Positions 32,701 through 43,409 of a stretch of DNA of 60,777 bases are shown here, piece by piece. Location of the stretch: the IMG/VR virus record IMGVR_UViG_3300036768_000354, positions 1 through 60,777 of that record; one strand, 5' to 3'. This DNA comes from a virus. Lineage: Duplodnaviria; Caudoviricetes. The notes beneath the pieces are model-generated. The model searched no databases. It saw nothing but the letters and a program-made list of their open reading frames with translations, and had not been told where the DNA came from. Positions within the stretch are counted from its first letter, which is position 1. Each line of letters starts with the position of its first letter. The position numbers and the translations under genes are program-made.

Positions 32701-35700
32701 CGTTAAGATGTCAAGAACTGGAAGAGTTAATTCTGGTTCAGGTATCGGATCTTTCATACCTACTACTACAGAGTTATCTGCTGATGACCAAGATAATGAG
32801 CCTGGAATCGATTTCAGTAATGTTAACGTTTGGGGGACTAGCATTAACAGTACCGACTTTGCAGATTATGCTATGTGGATGAAAGCTAGAAACTGGTATT
32901 CTACTGGTGGAGTAGCTGGATCTGGTGGAAAAATGTTAGTTAGATCTAGTCAATTTGGACCTAACGGAAACAAGATTAGATTTTCTATAAAATATCCATC
33001 TACTGGAAATCAAACTGCAACAACTGTACAAAACAATACTCCATCTTGGAGTGAGTTATCTTACTTCTTTGGCTCTGGCTCTGTAAGAGCTGTAGCACTA
33101 AATCCTGGATATACAATATCGGTAAATGGACCATACCCTGACTCTTCAACTAATTTCCCTAATGGCGCAATATCGTCAGGAGATTATTATGATTACACTT
33201 TTTCTGCAGGTAACTTGTCTTCAGTTTTAGTTGGTGATGTATTATCTATTATTGATGGTTCTGGAGTTTCAAACGCAAACTCTGGGCAATTTAGAGTTAC
33301 AAATAAGAGTGGTTTTACTGTTCGTGTTTTTAATCCAAACGCAACAACAACTTCACCTGGTGCTGCTGAAGTATTAACTGTAACAACTATAAGTGATATT
33401 ATTGGAACTCCAACTCAATATACAATTAACACAGTTGCTGACGTTGCTGGATCTTTACATCAAAAATACTTTATAATCTACGATACTCAAGGATCTGTAG
33501 CTGTTTGGTACGACATTGATAATACTGGAGCAGTTGCACCTCCACATGGAGCAAATAGAGCTATTAAGGTTGCAAATGTGAGTACTGGAGATTCTGCTTC
33601 AAATGTTGCTACTAAAACTGCACAAGTTATAGCTTTAGATAATTCATTTACAGTTACAGTAATATCTAATCAAATTACTATAACTAACTTAATTAACGGT
33701 CCTTTATTACCTGCTACTGCAGGTACTTCTGGTTTCACTACAAGTACATCTGCTGGAACTAACGATGCTTCGTTAGATGGTAAGTATTTCATTATCTATG
33801 ATGCCAGCGGATCTGTAGCTGTTTGGTATGACGTCGGAGACGACGGTACACAAGAACCATTCCACGGTGCAGAAAGATCTATTAGAGTTGGCGGAGTTAA
33901 TTATGGAGATTCTGCTGCAACTGTTGCTGCTGCAACAGTAGCCGCTATAAATCCAGATTTATCTTTTGTAGCTTCTAATATTGGAAATGTTATCACTATA
34001 ACTAACGCTTTCGATGGAAATGTTCAAAACCCTTCTGCTGGAACTTCTGGTTTCACTATATCAAATAGTGATGGATCGTTACCTGGAAGTGAGTTAATAA
34101 CTAACGCTAACAACGTTTTATTCTTCCCTATCACAGGGACAGATATTTCTAGTATAGCTAGCACTGTTAACTCTAGCAATATTATTGAAATTACAGCTAT
34201 AGGCAACTCTGCATTAACTATCGATAGATCTACATATGAAGAAGACTACACTTATGGCGGTAATTCTACAGCGTTAGCTTATGGTCATAACCCTACATCA
34301 GCTTCATTAAAAGGTTATATTTCACTATATGATGGTGTTAATTGGATTAAGAGTTTCCAAAATTCAAATCCAAACTTCACTATGAAAACAGCTTTCACTT
34401 TAAATGGTGTAGCTCCAACAGTATATCAAATGAATACTGCGCCTAACTACAATAGTTCAGATATTGGTGAAATGTTTAAATTGATACCTGTAACTGTTAC
34501 AAATATACAGCACCATTTAACTCAAAAAGCATTATCACAACTTCCTATCGTTTCTAATGTTAGAATTTCTAAAGATAGAAAGAATGTTCAGATTACTTCT
34601 AAGAACTTGGGATCTGTTGGTGCTGTTGAAGTTATCGGTGGAAATGCTAATAAAGCTCAAGCTTACATAATTGGTGAATCTGAAGTTGCGTCAGATGTTT
34701 CTGGAAATCACTTATTACTTAAAGTACCTGCTTTCCCAGATACTTTTAACGCTGGCGATTATATCAAATTACAAAATGATGCTGGAGTTAAGAGACAATC
34801 TAGACTAATTAGCACAGACAGTATTAACGTAACAAACCCTTCTGCTGGAGTTATAGAATACAACTTCAATGCAAAAGCTATAAATGTAACCGGCGCTACT
34901 CAATTTACTATAACTGACGTCTCTGGTTCCTATGGAAGACCGGCTGGTTTTATATGGAGATGGACTCACAATGGATCAGCTACGCTTGCTCAAGTTAGAG
35001 CAGGTGATCAAGTTATGGCATTTGGACCTACATTACCTTGGGCTCAAGGTAATAAGGCTAGGACTGCTGGTGATGGATTAGTTGCTGGTTTACCAATTAT
35101 TGCAGTCAGTGATTCTGCTAACTATTTTGATGTAGTTAACCCTTATGGTAAAGCTATGTCAGCTACTGCAGTTGGTTTTGGTAACACTGTTCAAATTTGC
35201 CCGACTCCAATAATTAAATGGAATTTGGCTCATTCTTCTAGAGTTTCTGTAACATCTATGACTAGAGTTTCCAATTTAGTTACTATAGTTTGCTCAGGAT
35301 CTCATTTCTTAAATACTGGTGACTCTTTTGATATTAGAGATAGCAATAATATATCTGATGCAACTTATGGGCCTGTAACTGTAACTTCACTTAATCAATT
35401 CACGGTAACAATCTCTGGATCTGATTTCACTGAAGCAGCAGTTGGAGCTTCTATAATCAAGAGTGGATTAGTTCCAACAAGATATAGATTAGAGAAACTT
35501 GGCTTTAATGGAATGGTTAGAATATCTAGACAAGATGGACAATCTCCTCGATTCTTAGATTCTGGTGTAGCTGTAGATGATTATGTTGTTATTGGTGGAT
35601 CTACATTTAAAGCTAATAATAACGGTAGATTTAGAGTTCAAGCTGTAGATAATGACTCATTAATTATAATCAACGAGTCTGCGACAGATGAATTGAACAC

Positions 35701-36811
35701 TATTAAAACATTTAACAATAAGGGCTTGTCTGCTACATGGACAGCAAACACTAATGTTGTTACAGGTGTAGCTGGAACATTTAAAAACTTAAGTATAGGT
35801 GATTGGGTTAAGAAACCTGAAGATCCAGACGAATACTATAGACAAATACTATCATTTTCTCCTGGAACTGCTAGTACCGCTACGTCAATCACTTTAGGTG
35901 GTAATTACAGCGGATCGTCTGCAATCTCTTCTGGAGCTGCATACGATCAATTAAATGATTACGATAAGGGTGTTGTATTGCAATCTGCAGATGATATTGT
36001 TGTCTTAGAAGGTGACTCTGTTGCAGTAGGAGACACTTTGTTTGTTCAAAACATTGTTAACTCTAACTGGTTTAGTATTAATAATATTGGAAACTTTGAT
36101 ATCGTTGAAGTTGGAACTAACTCAACAACATATAAGCCTTTTGTTAGAGTCTCTAACGCTGCTGGAGTTGCTGAATCAAATAGATTGATGTCTGTAGATA
36201 CAGCTGGATTTTATTTTGTTGAAAGTTTAGCTAATAAGTTTTACACTATTAGAGAAATTAAACATATCGCTCTTGATGACTTAAATCCTGAAAGAAGATC
36301 CATCTATATAACTCCTTCTAACAGATCTTATAAGTTTACAGATGCAAACGCGACTAGTATATCTCATATGGGTAAACTTGGATATAGCACTGATGTAACT
36401 ACAGGTATCGATGGGTACTTATATTACACTGGTCTATTAAGAAGAGTTCAAAGAATTGTTGATGGTTATGAACCAGACGTTCAAAACTTCCCAGGAAGAA
36501 GAGCAGTTGGTGGCTTAATTGAGATATTACCACCTCTAATTAGAAAAATTTCAATCACTATCGATGTCACTACTGATGAAGGTGTTAACTTAGGGGACAT
36601 CTCTAACAACATTAAATCTGTAGTTATTAACTATATTCAGACTTTAGGTGTTGGCGAAGATGTGATCTTATCTGAGATCATTGCTTCAATTATGCAAATT
36701 AAAGGTGTTGCAGCTGTAACATTTACTAATCCAGTACCTAGTACTGAACGTATAACTATAGCTAATAACGAAAAAGCTGTAATCACTCCAGAAGATATAG
36801 GTATCGCATAA
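29717..36811 (+). CDS. Very large baseplate J-like protein (2364 aa) with a ~1900-aa insertion
   Basis: J-like N-terminus (GTLGN, GKDIETDVELRNR, LARGT) and C-terminus (YIQTLGVGEDVILSEII...IKGV). Confidence 0.8.
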   Translation: MSIQIRSFNQILGDMIRKIVSETSLNDLNAGSVLLTLLEAAAANDFENNTAILNVLELLNIDVIKNNDLDAKAGDFGLSRRAAIKASGLVNIYNTNITKRSTGLYVIKPAPIAGQTKIYVNNTTGWSITGNLYIGRGTQNFEGPIAYTNITVYPTYSEITLASALQKDHLISDIVIDSQGEPDRVIAAGTIVKIPANNQNPEIQYSTLRDAIIPAGEDSVIGVEVIALVAGTLGNAGINTITDFDVPPFTGASISNTSAFSNGKDIETDVELRNRLKSYAITLARGTAPSIIESVIGVSDPDDSNQVASAVITEPVKVGDPSIMYIDDGSGFQPSYAGQSVDTLLNSAEGSEEFLQLANFPVPRPQVVNVQEGPFTLKDGMFLRVIVDGEEETIYFDSTQFLNISAATLAEVVIAINDSSTLFKARFTENSSGILLYPVAHDAEIIQVSPLRETDDSTFYANSLFKFPTDQFSYIALYQNSTRLREKAKSAELTTTPFAQWNVNTTSNIVIEVDGTPSQDRSFALSDFPGASSFTSLSLENWVTAFNSKFAGLTAESTPSQTMIIKSNKTGQDSSIVVSGGTLLNKWFPNLDTQSQGRTAQFELNRQTGNLRILNTIQPGDKITAGVEDAKGFVISTSTSNGTYNLSNDSFGRPAEMVIVIDSSYCNQRPVPLLVGGTISISNPAGSTMRIMASTLDTFSSLKPGDFIYIAPKTSGWVNSANAGLFKIKAKGQHTIVGTNSFIDVDNVNVVVESGISISDSLDIKAFETNGYPQVWRGSYLTNPPAEPINGVLSSLNKDLAGVVATIYKSNSIKITSSTENGGSIAIPVSSSNCSIVFAETESAQFGNPSHIATRTSDKSLVSMFKRTEPTSANVFLGRSVYSDVKANISSASTPDTPPFTGTYSEQVTATGQLTPANVNYDDYLSFTRGNNKGQFRTVKAEIAGDTVGTQQGRARTELDHAVGDELELVRPVSISSDDSIVVVMDKDATIKTVDVKMSRTGRVNSGSGIGSFIPTTTELSADDQDNEPGIDFSNVNVWGTSINSTDFADYAMWMKARNWYSTGGVAGSGGKMLVRSSQFGPNGNKIRFSIKYPSTGNQTATTVQNNTPSWSELSYFFGSGSVRAVALNPGYTISVNGPYPDSSTNFPNGAISSGDYYDYTFSAGNLSSVLVGDVLSIIDGSGVSNANSGQFRVTNKSGFTVRVFNPNATTTSPGAAEVLTVTTISDIIGTPTQYTINTVADVAGSLHQKYFIIYDTQGSVAVWYDIDNTGAVAPPHGANRAIKVANVSTGDSASNVATKTAQVIALDNSFTVTVISNQITITNLINGPLLPATAGTSGFTTSTSAGTNDASLDGKYFIIYDASGSVAVWYDVGDDGTQEPFHGAERSIRVGGVNYGDSAATVAAATVAAINPDLSFVASNIGNVITITNAFDGNVQNPSAGTSGFTISNSDGSLPGSELITNANNVLFFPITGTDISSIASTVNSSNIIEITAIGNSALTIDRSTYEEDYTYGGNSTALAYGHNPTSASLKGYISLYDGVNWIKSFQNSNPNFTMKTAFTLNGVAPTVYQMNTAPNYNSSDIGEMFKLIPVTVTNIQHHLTQKALSQLPIVSNVRISKDRKNVQITSKNLGSVGAVEVIGGNANKAQAYIIGESEVASDVSGNHLLLKVPAFPDTFNAGDYIKLQNDAGVKRQSRLISTDSINVTNPSAGVIEYNFNAKAINVTGATQFTITDVSGSYGRPAGFIWRWTHNGSATLAQVRAGDQVMAFGPTLPWAQGNKARTAGDGLVAGLPIIAVSDSANYFDVVNPYGKAMSATAVGFGNTVQICPTPIIKWNLAHSSRVSVTSMTRVSNLVTIVCSGSHFLNTGDSFDIRDSNNISDATYGPVTVTSLNQFTVTISGSDFTEAAVGASIIKSGLVPTRYRLEKLGFNGMVRISRQDGQSPRFLDSGVAVDDYVVIGGSTFKANNNGRFRVQAVDNDSLIIINESATDELNTIKTFNNKGLSATWTANTNVVTGVAGTFKNLSIGDWVKKPEDPDEYYRQILSFSPGTASTATSITLGGNYSGSSAISSGAAYDQLNDYDKGVVLQSADDIVVLEGDSVAVGDTLFVQNIVNSNWFSINNIGNFDIVEVGTNSTTYKPFVRVSNAAGVAESNRLMSVDTAGFYFVESLANKFYTIREIKHIALDDLNPERRSIYITPSNRSYKFTDANATSISHMGKLGYSTDVTTGIDGYLYYTGLLRRVQRIVDGYEPDVQNFPGRRAVGGLIEILPPLIRKISITIDVTTDEGVNLGDISNNIKSVVINYIQTLGVGEDVILSEIIASIMQIKGVAAVTFTNPVPSTERITIANNEKAVITPEDIGIA

Positions 36812-36879
36812 TGTGGATTTATAAAATAACTAATTTCATGAATGATAAGGTTTATATAGGTTTAAATTTGAGGTTGTAA
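36811..36879 (+). pseudogene. 22-aa stub of a GIY-YIG endonuclease
   Basis: MWIYKITNFMNDKVYIGLNLRL* contains the IYKITN...KVYIG motif; TAATG overlap with the upstream gene. Confidence 0.75.
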
Positions 36880-39189
36880 ATGCAAAATAAAGGTAAGACT
36901 GACCAAATACATGAACTTTTGCCGAAGCATCTTGGCTCTCGGCAAAACACTAATTGGAAAGCTTTGGTAGAAGCTCTAGGTCAGTCAGATCAACAAACAG
37001 CAGACTTAGTTGCAGAAGTTAGAAAGCAGTTCTTCATTAAGACTGCATCTAGACCATATCTTGACAGATTGGCTGCAAATAGTAAGATTGCTAGACCTAG
37101 ATTAGTAGGTATGGATGATCAATCTTTTAGACAGTACATACCGGTTCTTTCTTATCAACCTAAGCAAGTTAAGTTAATTATTGACCAATTATTGGATATT
37201 TTCTTTTTTAAAGAATCAACTACTGCTTTTATCACTTCTGATAGTTTTTCACCTTTCTCTTTGAAGAATGGCTGGGAATTAGATTTTTTAGTGGATGAAC
37301 AATATAGAGAAAGAATCAACTTTAAACCGTCTGATTTTACTAATATTGCTTCTGCGAATGCAGAGGAGATAGTTTCTGCGATCAACAGGCAAGCAAAGTA
37401 CTGCTATGCTACATCTTATTATGATAGTATTACTCAGAACACTTTTATTAGAATTTTTACTAATACAGTTGGTTCTAAAGGTTCACTGAGAGTATTAGGT
37501 GGTCGAGCAAACGTAGCGTTACGTTTCGATGGTTTTATTTTTACTGCCGGTAATGGATCTAGCACTGAGTGGACGGTAACTAAAGTCGGAGATGAAGTTA
37601 CATTTCAAAATACTGGTGGAGCTAACGCAGGTATAGATCAGTTAGAGACAGGCAACATAGTAATTATTGATATTCCTGGAAACCAAGGTTCTTTTGAGAT
37701 TATTGATGTAGATTTAGTTAATAGTAGTATTAAATTTAAGAACTTATTTGGTACACCTGGTGTATTTACTCAAACTTCGTCAGATGAGACTAAATTCATA
37801 GAGAATAAGAAATTCGTAGCATACCTAAACCCTAGAAGAGCTATGACTTGGGAAACGTCTCCTGGCGAAATCACTGTAGAGATGCCAACATCACCGCCGG
37901 TGGTTAAAAGATCTTTACAAGGATCTATTCACGTTAATGGAACGTTCTCACAGATGACTAATAGAGATTCAGACACATCTTTAACTGTATCTGATGCTTT
38001 TGCATTCCCAGAATCTGGCTCTTTTTACTTAGAGCAAGTAAATGAGATAGTTACAAGAATTTTAACGTCTTCAGAGAATCAAGTTATCTCTAAGAGACAA
38101 AACACTAGATTACAGTCAAGTTTACAAAAATATGAATACACTTCTAGAGTCGCTTTAAATACTACTGGTGATATTGTTACTGGAGTTGCTCAAATAACTA
38201 ATTTAGCATCTACGTCTGGTTTAGCAGTTGGACAACAGGTTAAGATGGATGGTGTTCCAGCCTATGCTAGAGTTACTTCTATATCTGGTAATATTGCTAA
38301 CTTATCGGTAGAAGCTACTTCTACAGCTACAGCTCAAACAGTTAAGTTTTTAGGAAACCAGTTAGTTGGTATTACTCCTAATTTACCAGAAGGTGCAAGT
38401 CTTAATGAATTCACGTTGAATTCATTAACTAGGTCCTCTAATATTGTAACCGGCATAACCTCTTCTAACCATGGATATAAAGTTGGAGAATCTGTAATTA
38501 TATCTAATACATCAGGTGGCCCAGGTAACTGGGACGGTTCTTTTGTAATAACATCGGCATCTGGTAACACTTTCACCTACAATCAAATAGATGCATCTGG
38601 AAGTGCTTCAACTTTAGGTAAAGCTAGGGTTGAAAGAATAGCTATGTCTAATAGTGGTTCTAAAGTTATATTAACAGATGCAATAAGTAATGAAGTAAGT
38701 AGAATTACTGGTTCATATATGTGGGATAAAGCCGCAACTTTTGTGCTTTCATCTAATAAAGGTAACTCATTAGAGGCAGTTCAAGCTGGAAAAATAGTTA
38801 GATTGCTTAATATAGGGGCTAATACGTTATCTGACTCAGGTGGCTTCGTAATTTTTAATTATGGCAGAAGTAATCAAGAAGGCCCTATTAGATATTTATA
38901 TAAGCCAACACCAAACACACTAGCAATTGATCCTAGCTATACTTTTAAAAATAGTCACGCTATTGGGTCACCTATTGTTGCAATCAGTAAAAGGGGACCT
39001 CATCAAATGAGTGGTAAAGCCCTAGAGTATCCAGCTTATATTACTGACCCATCTGAGGCTAGAACTATATTACAAGAATTAATTAGATCAGTTAAGAGTG
39101 CTGGTATTTTTGTCAATTTCTTAATTCGATTCCCAGAGCAACTATACGCTACATTGGATGTTTATAACTCAGGTAATGATCCTGGCTAA
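36880..39189 (+). CDS. Baseplate wedge protein (tail protein I-like) with added beta domains
   Basis: TASRPYLDRLA...R; C-terminal VKSAGI; follows J. Confidence 0.65.
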   Translation: MQNKGKTDQIHELLPKHLGSRQNTNWKALVEALGQSDQQTADLVAEVRKQFFIKTASRPYLDRLAANSKIARPRLVGMDDQSFRQYIPVLSYQPKQVKLIIDQLLDIFFFKESTTAFITSDSFSPFSLKNGWELDFLVDEQYRERINFKPSDFTNIASANAEEIVSAINRQAKYCYATSYYDSITQNTFIRIFTNTVGSKGSLRVLGGRANVALRFDGFIFTAGNGSSTEWTVTKVGDEVTFQNTGGANAGIDQLETGNIVIIDIPGNQGSFEIIDVDLVNSSIKFKNLFGTPGVFTQTSSDETKFIENKKFVAYLNPRRAMTWETSPGEITVEMPTSPPVVKRSLQGSIHVNGTFSQMTNRDSDTSLTVSDAFAFPESGSFYLEQVNEIVTRILTSSENQVISKRQNTRLQSSLQKYEYTSRVALNTTGDIVTGVAQITNLASTSGLAVGQQVKMDGVPAYARVTSISGNIANLSVEATSTATAQTVKFLGNQLVGITPNLPEGASLNEFTLNSLTRSSNIVTGITSSNHGYKVGESVIISNTSGGPGNWDGSFVITSASGNTFTYNQIDASGSASTLGKARVERIAMSNSGSKVILTDAISNEVSRITGSYMWDKAATFVLSSNKGNSLEAVQAGKIVRLLNIGANTLSDSGGFVIFNYGRSNQEGPIRYLYKPTPNTLAIDPSYTFKNSHAIGSPIVAISKRGPHQMSGKALEYPAYITDPSEARTILQELIRSVKSAGIFVNFLIRFPEQLYATLDVYNSGNDPG

Positions 39190-39225
39190 GACATTTCATA
39201 GTATAATTTAGTCGAGGAGATCTTC

Positions 39226-42200
39226 ATGGCAGTTTTAGGACGAGTATTAGTTTCAAGCGCAGAGCGTCTTGATCTACCAGATTTACTTTCTATAGATTCT
39301 TACGCCGCAGGCGATTGGAAGTTTTTTCTTAAAGGGTTAGTTGGCGATTCTAAACCTTATATCCTTAAAGGATTTGATGTAATTGATCCTCAAAACGCTA
39401 TTGGTACACAAAGTTGTTCTATTAGAGTTGCTGATTCAGTTGTATTTTATCCAGGATCTAGTTCTGGTTCTTTCTTTCATGGTCTTCAAGAAGGTCATGC
39501 TCAAGCTACTCCACTAGTTCCAGAACTTAGAAAAAATACAGTAAACTATGTATATTTAACTTTTTCTACTTTCAACACTTCTGTAGATACTAGAGCTTTC
39601 TGGGATCCAGACAAAGATGGTGGTGCTGGTGGAGAATTTACACAAGACATTAATACACAATCTGTTTTGAAAGTAGAGATTAATGTTTCTACTGGTTCTT
39701 TTCCTGCTAACACAATACCTATTGCAAAGATTACAGTAGGCCCTGTTGTTATTACAGCTATTGAAGATACAAGAGATCTTTTATATAGATTAGGTTCTGG
39801 CGGTATTAACCCTAATCCTTTCAACACATATCAATGGAAGTCTTTTCCAAGTTCTTCATACCAAAGAAGTGAACCACCTACTAAAATGTTAGCTGGTGGA
39901 GTTAATCCATATCAAGGTGCTGATAAGAATATCACATCTATGAAAGAGTGGATGGACGCTATCATGTCTAAGCTTAGAGAGCTTGGAGGTACTACTTATT
40001 GGTATGATGATACGTCTACATTCGGTATTGTAAATAACTTCTTTGATGCTGTAGGTATCACTTTTAAATCTAAAGGTCAATGGATACATAGCCAAACGGT
40101 TGCTGGGTTAATTACCTGGACAGAAGATTTCCAAATTAAGATGACTGGAGATCCTAGAACATATATCGTTAGACAAGGTTCTAAGACTCTACAAGATGAA
40201 CAAGTAATGTATCTCCCTTTGCAGAGAAATAAGTTGGTTAATTCTACTGATGAGGAAGTGAGTTGGATTAATGGTCAACCGTACGTAAATACAGTCGGTG
40301 GAGCAGTTGGTATTTTTGCTAACTTAGCAAAAGGCGACTGGATCAAGAAGACAAACGATACATTTGATAAATGGCTTAGAGTTGAAGAATTCTATGATGC
40401 GGTTAATTTAGGTGGATCTACAACTACTGCATCTAATGCTAAATCTGTTAGATTAAGCTCTACATACTTAGGAACTACTGGGCAACAAAAAGCAAGATAT
40501 GACAGAGGTGTTTACGATGTCTCTGATGTAGTCGTCTCTGATAGAGATAGTGCTGCTATTAATAATATTGGTGGTAATTTCCACTGGTTATCATTAAGAA
40601 GCGACATTATTCAAAAAATCGGTAATATCACTACAACTCAATTAAATATTACAATCTCTGAACACGATGGATATACTGCAAAGTGTACTAGTGCTTCAGC
40701 TCACGGTTTATCGGATGGTGAGAGAGTCACTATCACAAGTACTACAAACTTTAACGGCACGTATGTTGTAGAAGTTGAATCTAATACTATTTTTTACATA
40801 ACAAAATCTGGACCATTGTTACCAGATGATTCTGGTAATGCTTTTTATGCTGTTATTACAACTGTTGCAAGATCGACTGCTTACGGATTGCAAGAAGAAT
40901 CCGCAAATCATGGTTTTAAGACTAACGACACTATCGATATATCTGGTACTTCTAATTATAATAATAAGTACACTATAAAAGTAAGAACTGCTACAGAATT
41001 CAGTATTCCAGTTCCTTCAGCTATAGCTTCAGAATCTACTGGTTTAGCTACTTTAGCTAAAGTTATGGTTAGAACTGAAGGATCTTCAGCACAAATCATT
41101 CAAGGCGAATCTGCTGACGTTGGTAGTGGAACTGCTGACAACATTAGACAATATGTTGGTATGGCAAGTTTATCTGAGATATCTCCAACATATTCAGTAC
41201 CATCTGGATACAATACAATTAACGGTATGCAAAACTATAACAGTGGGGTTAGTGATAACTTAACTGCTAGAGTTTCTAAATTAACAGCTATGATGGCCAA
41301 TAAGGCTCAAGATAAGACTGTTAAATACATACCGAACAATATAACTACTATTTCAAATACAACTAACGGCATATCTCAAGAGGTAACTTTTAATCCATCT
41401 GGATCTTGGCTATCTTTAGTTACACCTGGATCTATTGGTACGGCAACTGTAATGTTACCTTCTACGTCTCCAGGAATATCTTTATTAGTTAATCAAGTTG
41501 CTTATGTATCTATTGATAGAAATAACTTGACAACACCATCAATACAAGTATCTAACATTACTTCTCTACCTGTAGATGAAAACATATTTGTCATTGCTAT
41601 GAGAATGAGCGCTACAGATGTTTATCTTTGGGACAGCTCTATTGTAACTGTTGGTTCTATACCTGGACCTGGAAACATTTATAATGTAATGCGACAAAAC
41701 CAAGCTCTTAAATTAGTAGATGGCGGAACTTGGTCTTGGAATTTAGGTACAGAAACACTTACTTGGTCTTCTGCAGCCTACGTTCAAATTCCTGGATTAA
41801 ACAACTCTGCTAATACTATTTTAGCTGGATCTATAGTGCTTGCTTCTGGTGAAGTTGCATATGTAGACATTAACAGACAATCTCCAGGTGGAAACTTAAC
41901 TGTTCAAGTTGCTACCAACTCTAGTTTGTCGATGACAACAGATAGATTTATTATCGCTAGAAGAGAAAACAATGATGTTGTCGTTGGATTACACTCTATG
42001 CGACTTATAGATCAAGAGAGTAAGAAGCTTTATGCTGGAATTAGTGACCAATCATTGACTTATATTGGTCAACCAAATAGCGCAGACTCTACTCCTACGT
42101 ATAGCAATATCCCTAATGGATTAGCTACTTATACTTTTAATCAAGGTGATAATTTAACTCTAGCGATAGGTCAGACTGCTGGAAATGTTAACAGCATCTT

Positions 42201-42978
42201 GTTAGCTTTAGATAATCCATCTTTCGATGAATTCATTGAAGTAGTTGCTGCATCACCTACAGGTAATCAATTATTGGCTCCTGTCACTAATGGAACAATA
42301 ATAACTCTACCAAACAACTCTAGATTAACTGGATCACCTCCTCAGTACTACACTGTAGGTAAAGGAACTTTAGAGATTTATCTTAACGGTCAAATGCTTC
42401 AATTAGGTGAAGCTGGTGGATGGTCAGAAGTTGGAATATCTGGTAACCCTAGCAATCAGATCCAAATTGGGCAACAATTAGAGACCGGTGATTTCTTAAC
42501 GTTTAGAATTGATGCTACTGGCGGACCTGGTTCTGGTGGAGCTGGAGCTGTGGATGATAACTTTTACACGTTACCAACTAAGAATACAGCTTCTAATTTA
42601 GATTATATTCCCGTATATGACGTAGCTGATAATGCTTATAAAAAGCAAACTAGAGCTGTTTTCTTGGCAGGATTAAATAATTTAGTGAATGTCAGAACTG
42701 TTACAGCTAACTGGTCTATCATCACTAGTGATGATTTAATCATTGCAGACACAACAACATCTTTAATTACGTTAACTTTACCTACATCTTCTGGCAACAC
42801 TGGTAAGAAATTTTTAATTAAAAAAGCAAATAATGCTCCAAATGATTTAATACTGAACACTACAGGTGGCGACTTAATTGACGGTTCTGCATCTTTTAGC
42901 TTTAACGCAAACGGTTTAACAAATTACGGTTCATTAACTATTATCACAGATGGACTTGGAAACTGGTGGTTGTTCTAA
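39226..42978 (+). CDS. Tail fibre / baseplate-attached structural protein, 1250 aa
   Basis: GAGGAG RBS; S/T/G-rich beta domains; C-terminal ITLTLP...GKKFLIKK fibre-type module. Confidence 0.65.
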   Translation: MAVLGRVLVSSAERLDLPDLLSIDSYAAGDWKFFLKGLVGDSKPYILKGFDVIDPQNAIGTQSCSIRVADSVVFYPGSSSGSFFHGLQEGHAQATPLVPELRKNTVNYVYLTFSTFNTSVDTRAFWDPDKDGGAGGEFTQDINTQSVLKVEINVSTGSFPANTIPIAKITVGPVVITAIEDTRDLLYRLGSGGINPNPFNTYQWKSFPSSSYQRSEPPTKMLAGGVNPYQGADKNITSMKEWMDAIMSKLRELGGTTYWYDDTSTFGIVNNFFDAVGITFKSKGQWIHSQTVAGLITWTEDFQIKMTGDPRTYIVRQGSKTLQDEQVMYLPLQRNKLVNSTDEEVSWINGQPYVNTVGGAVGIFANLAKGDWIKKTNDTFDKWLRVEEFYDAVNLGGSTTTASNAKSVRLSSTYLGTTGQQKARYDRGVYDVSDVVVSDRDSAAINNIGGNFHWLSLRSDIIQKIGNITTTQLNITISEHDGYTAKCTSASAHGLSDGERVTITSTTNFNGTYVVEVESNTIFYITKSGPLLPDDSGNAFYAVITTVARSTAYGLQEESANHGFKTNDTIDISGTSNYNNKYTIKVRTATEFSIPVPSAIASESTGLATLAKVMVRTEGSSAQIIQGESADVGSGTADNIRQYVGMASLSEISPTYSVPSGYNTINGMQNYNSGVSDNLTARVSKLTAMMANKAQDKTVKYIPNNITTISNTTNGISQEVTFNPSGSWLSLVTPGSIGTATVMLPSTSPGISLLVNQVAYVSIDRNNLTTPSIQVSNITSLPVDENIFVIAMRMSATDVYLWDSSIVTVGSIPGPGNIYNVMRQNQALKLVDGGTWSWNLGTETLTWSSAAYVQIPGLNNSANTILAGSIVLASGEVAYVDINRQSPGGNLTVQVATNSSLSMTTDRFIIARRENNDVVVGLHSMRLIDQESKKLYAGISDQSLTYIGQPNSADSTPTYSNIPNGLATYTFNQGDNLTLAIGQTAGNVNSILLALDNPSFDEFIEVVAASPTGNQLLAPVTNGTIITLPNNSRLTGSPPQYYTVGKGTLEIYLNGQMLQLGEAGGWSEVGISGNPSNQIQIGQQLETGDFLTFRIDATGGPGSGGAGAVDDNFYTLPTKNTASNLDYIPVYDVADNAYKKQTRAVFLAGLNNLVNVRTVTANWSIITSDDLIIADTTTSLITLTLPTSSGNTGKKFLIKKANNAPNDLILNTTGGDLIDGSASFSFNANGLTNYGSLTIITDGLGNWWLF

Positions 42979-43409
42979 TGTATGCTAAAGGCGGCGTACC
43001 TTCTGGTACATCAAGATCAATAGTTAGAGCAGCTAATAATAACACTGGCTCTACTATTCTTAAGGGAACTCCGGTGAGAATAACTCCTACTGGAGTAGCT
43101 ACTATTGACCTATCTAATGAAAGTAGTGCTAATGCTGTTGCAGGTATTGTAAAGGCAGATATAGCGAATGCTCAAGCTGGTGACATTATTAATACAGGTA
43201 TCATAGAGGATATAACTACATTAGCTTCCATTGGTGATATAATGTATATATCTAAGTCAGGCGGCTTAACTAATATTAAGCCATCTGAAGGCGTTAATGG
43301 TTTTACTTTTGGAGACTGGGTCATTAGAGTTGGTGTGGTTACAAAAAATAACGACAACCCTTTACTAAAAGATTTATTAGTAAATATACAAATAGTAGGA
43401 GAGCTTTAA
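42978..43409 (+). CDS. Small structural protein (start revised to ATG 42978)
   Basis: TAATG overlap; NNTGSTILKGTPV...G-x3-YIS-x2-GGLT-x3-P, similar to the C-terminal domain of 43611. Confidence 0.65.
   Translation: MYAKGGVPSGTSRSIVRAANNNTGSTILKGTPVRITPTGVATIDLSNESSANAVAGIVKADIANAQAGDIINTGIIEDITTLASIGDIMYISKSGGLTNIKPSEGVNGFTFGDWVIRVGVVTKNNDNPLLKDLLVNIQIVGEL

Noticed and set aside
14098-39189. Extracellular contractile injection system or tailocin
   Set aside because: Linked primase, helicases, tRNA, homing endonucleases and neck genes indicate a phage genome
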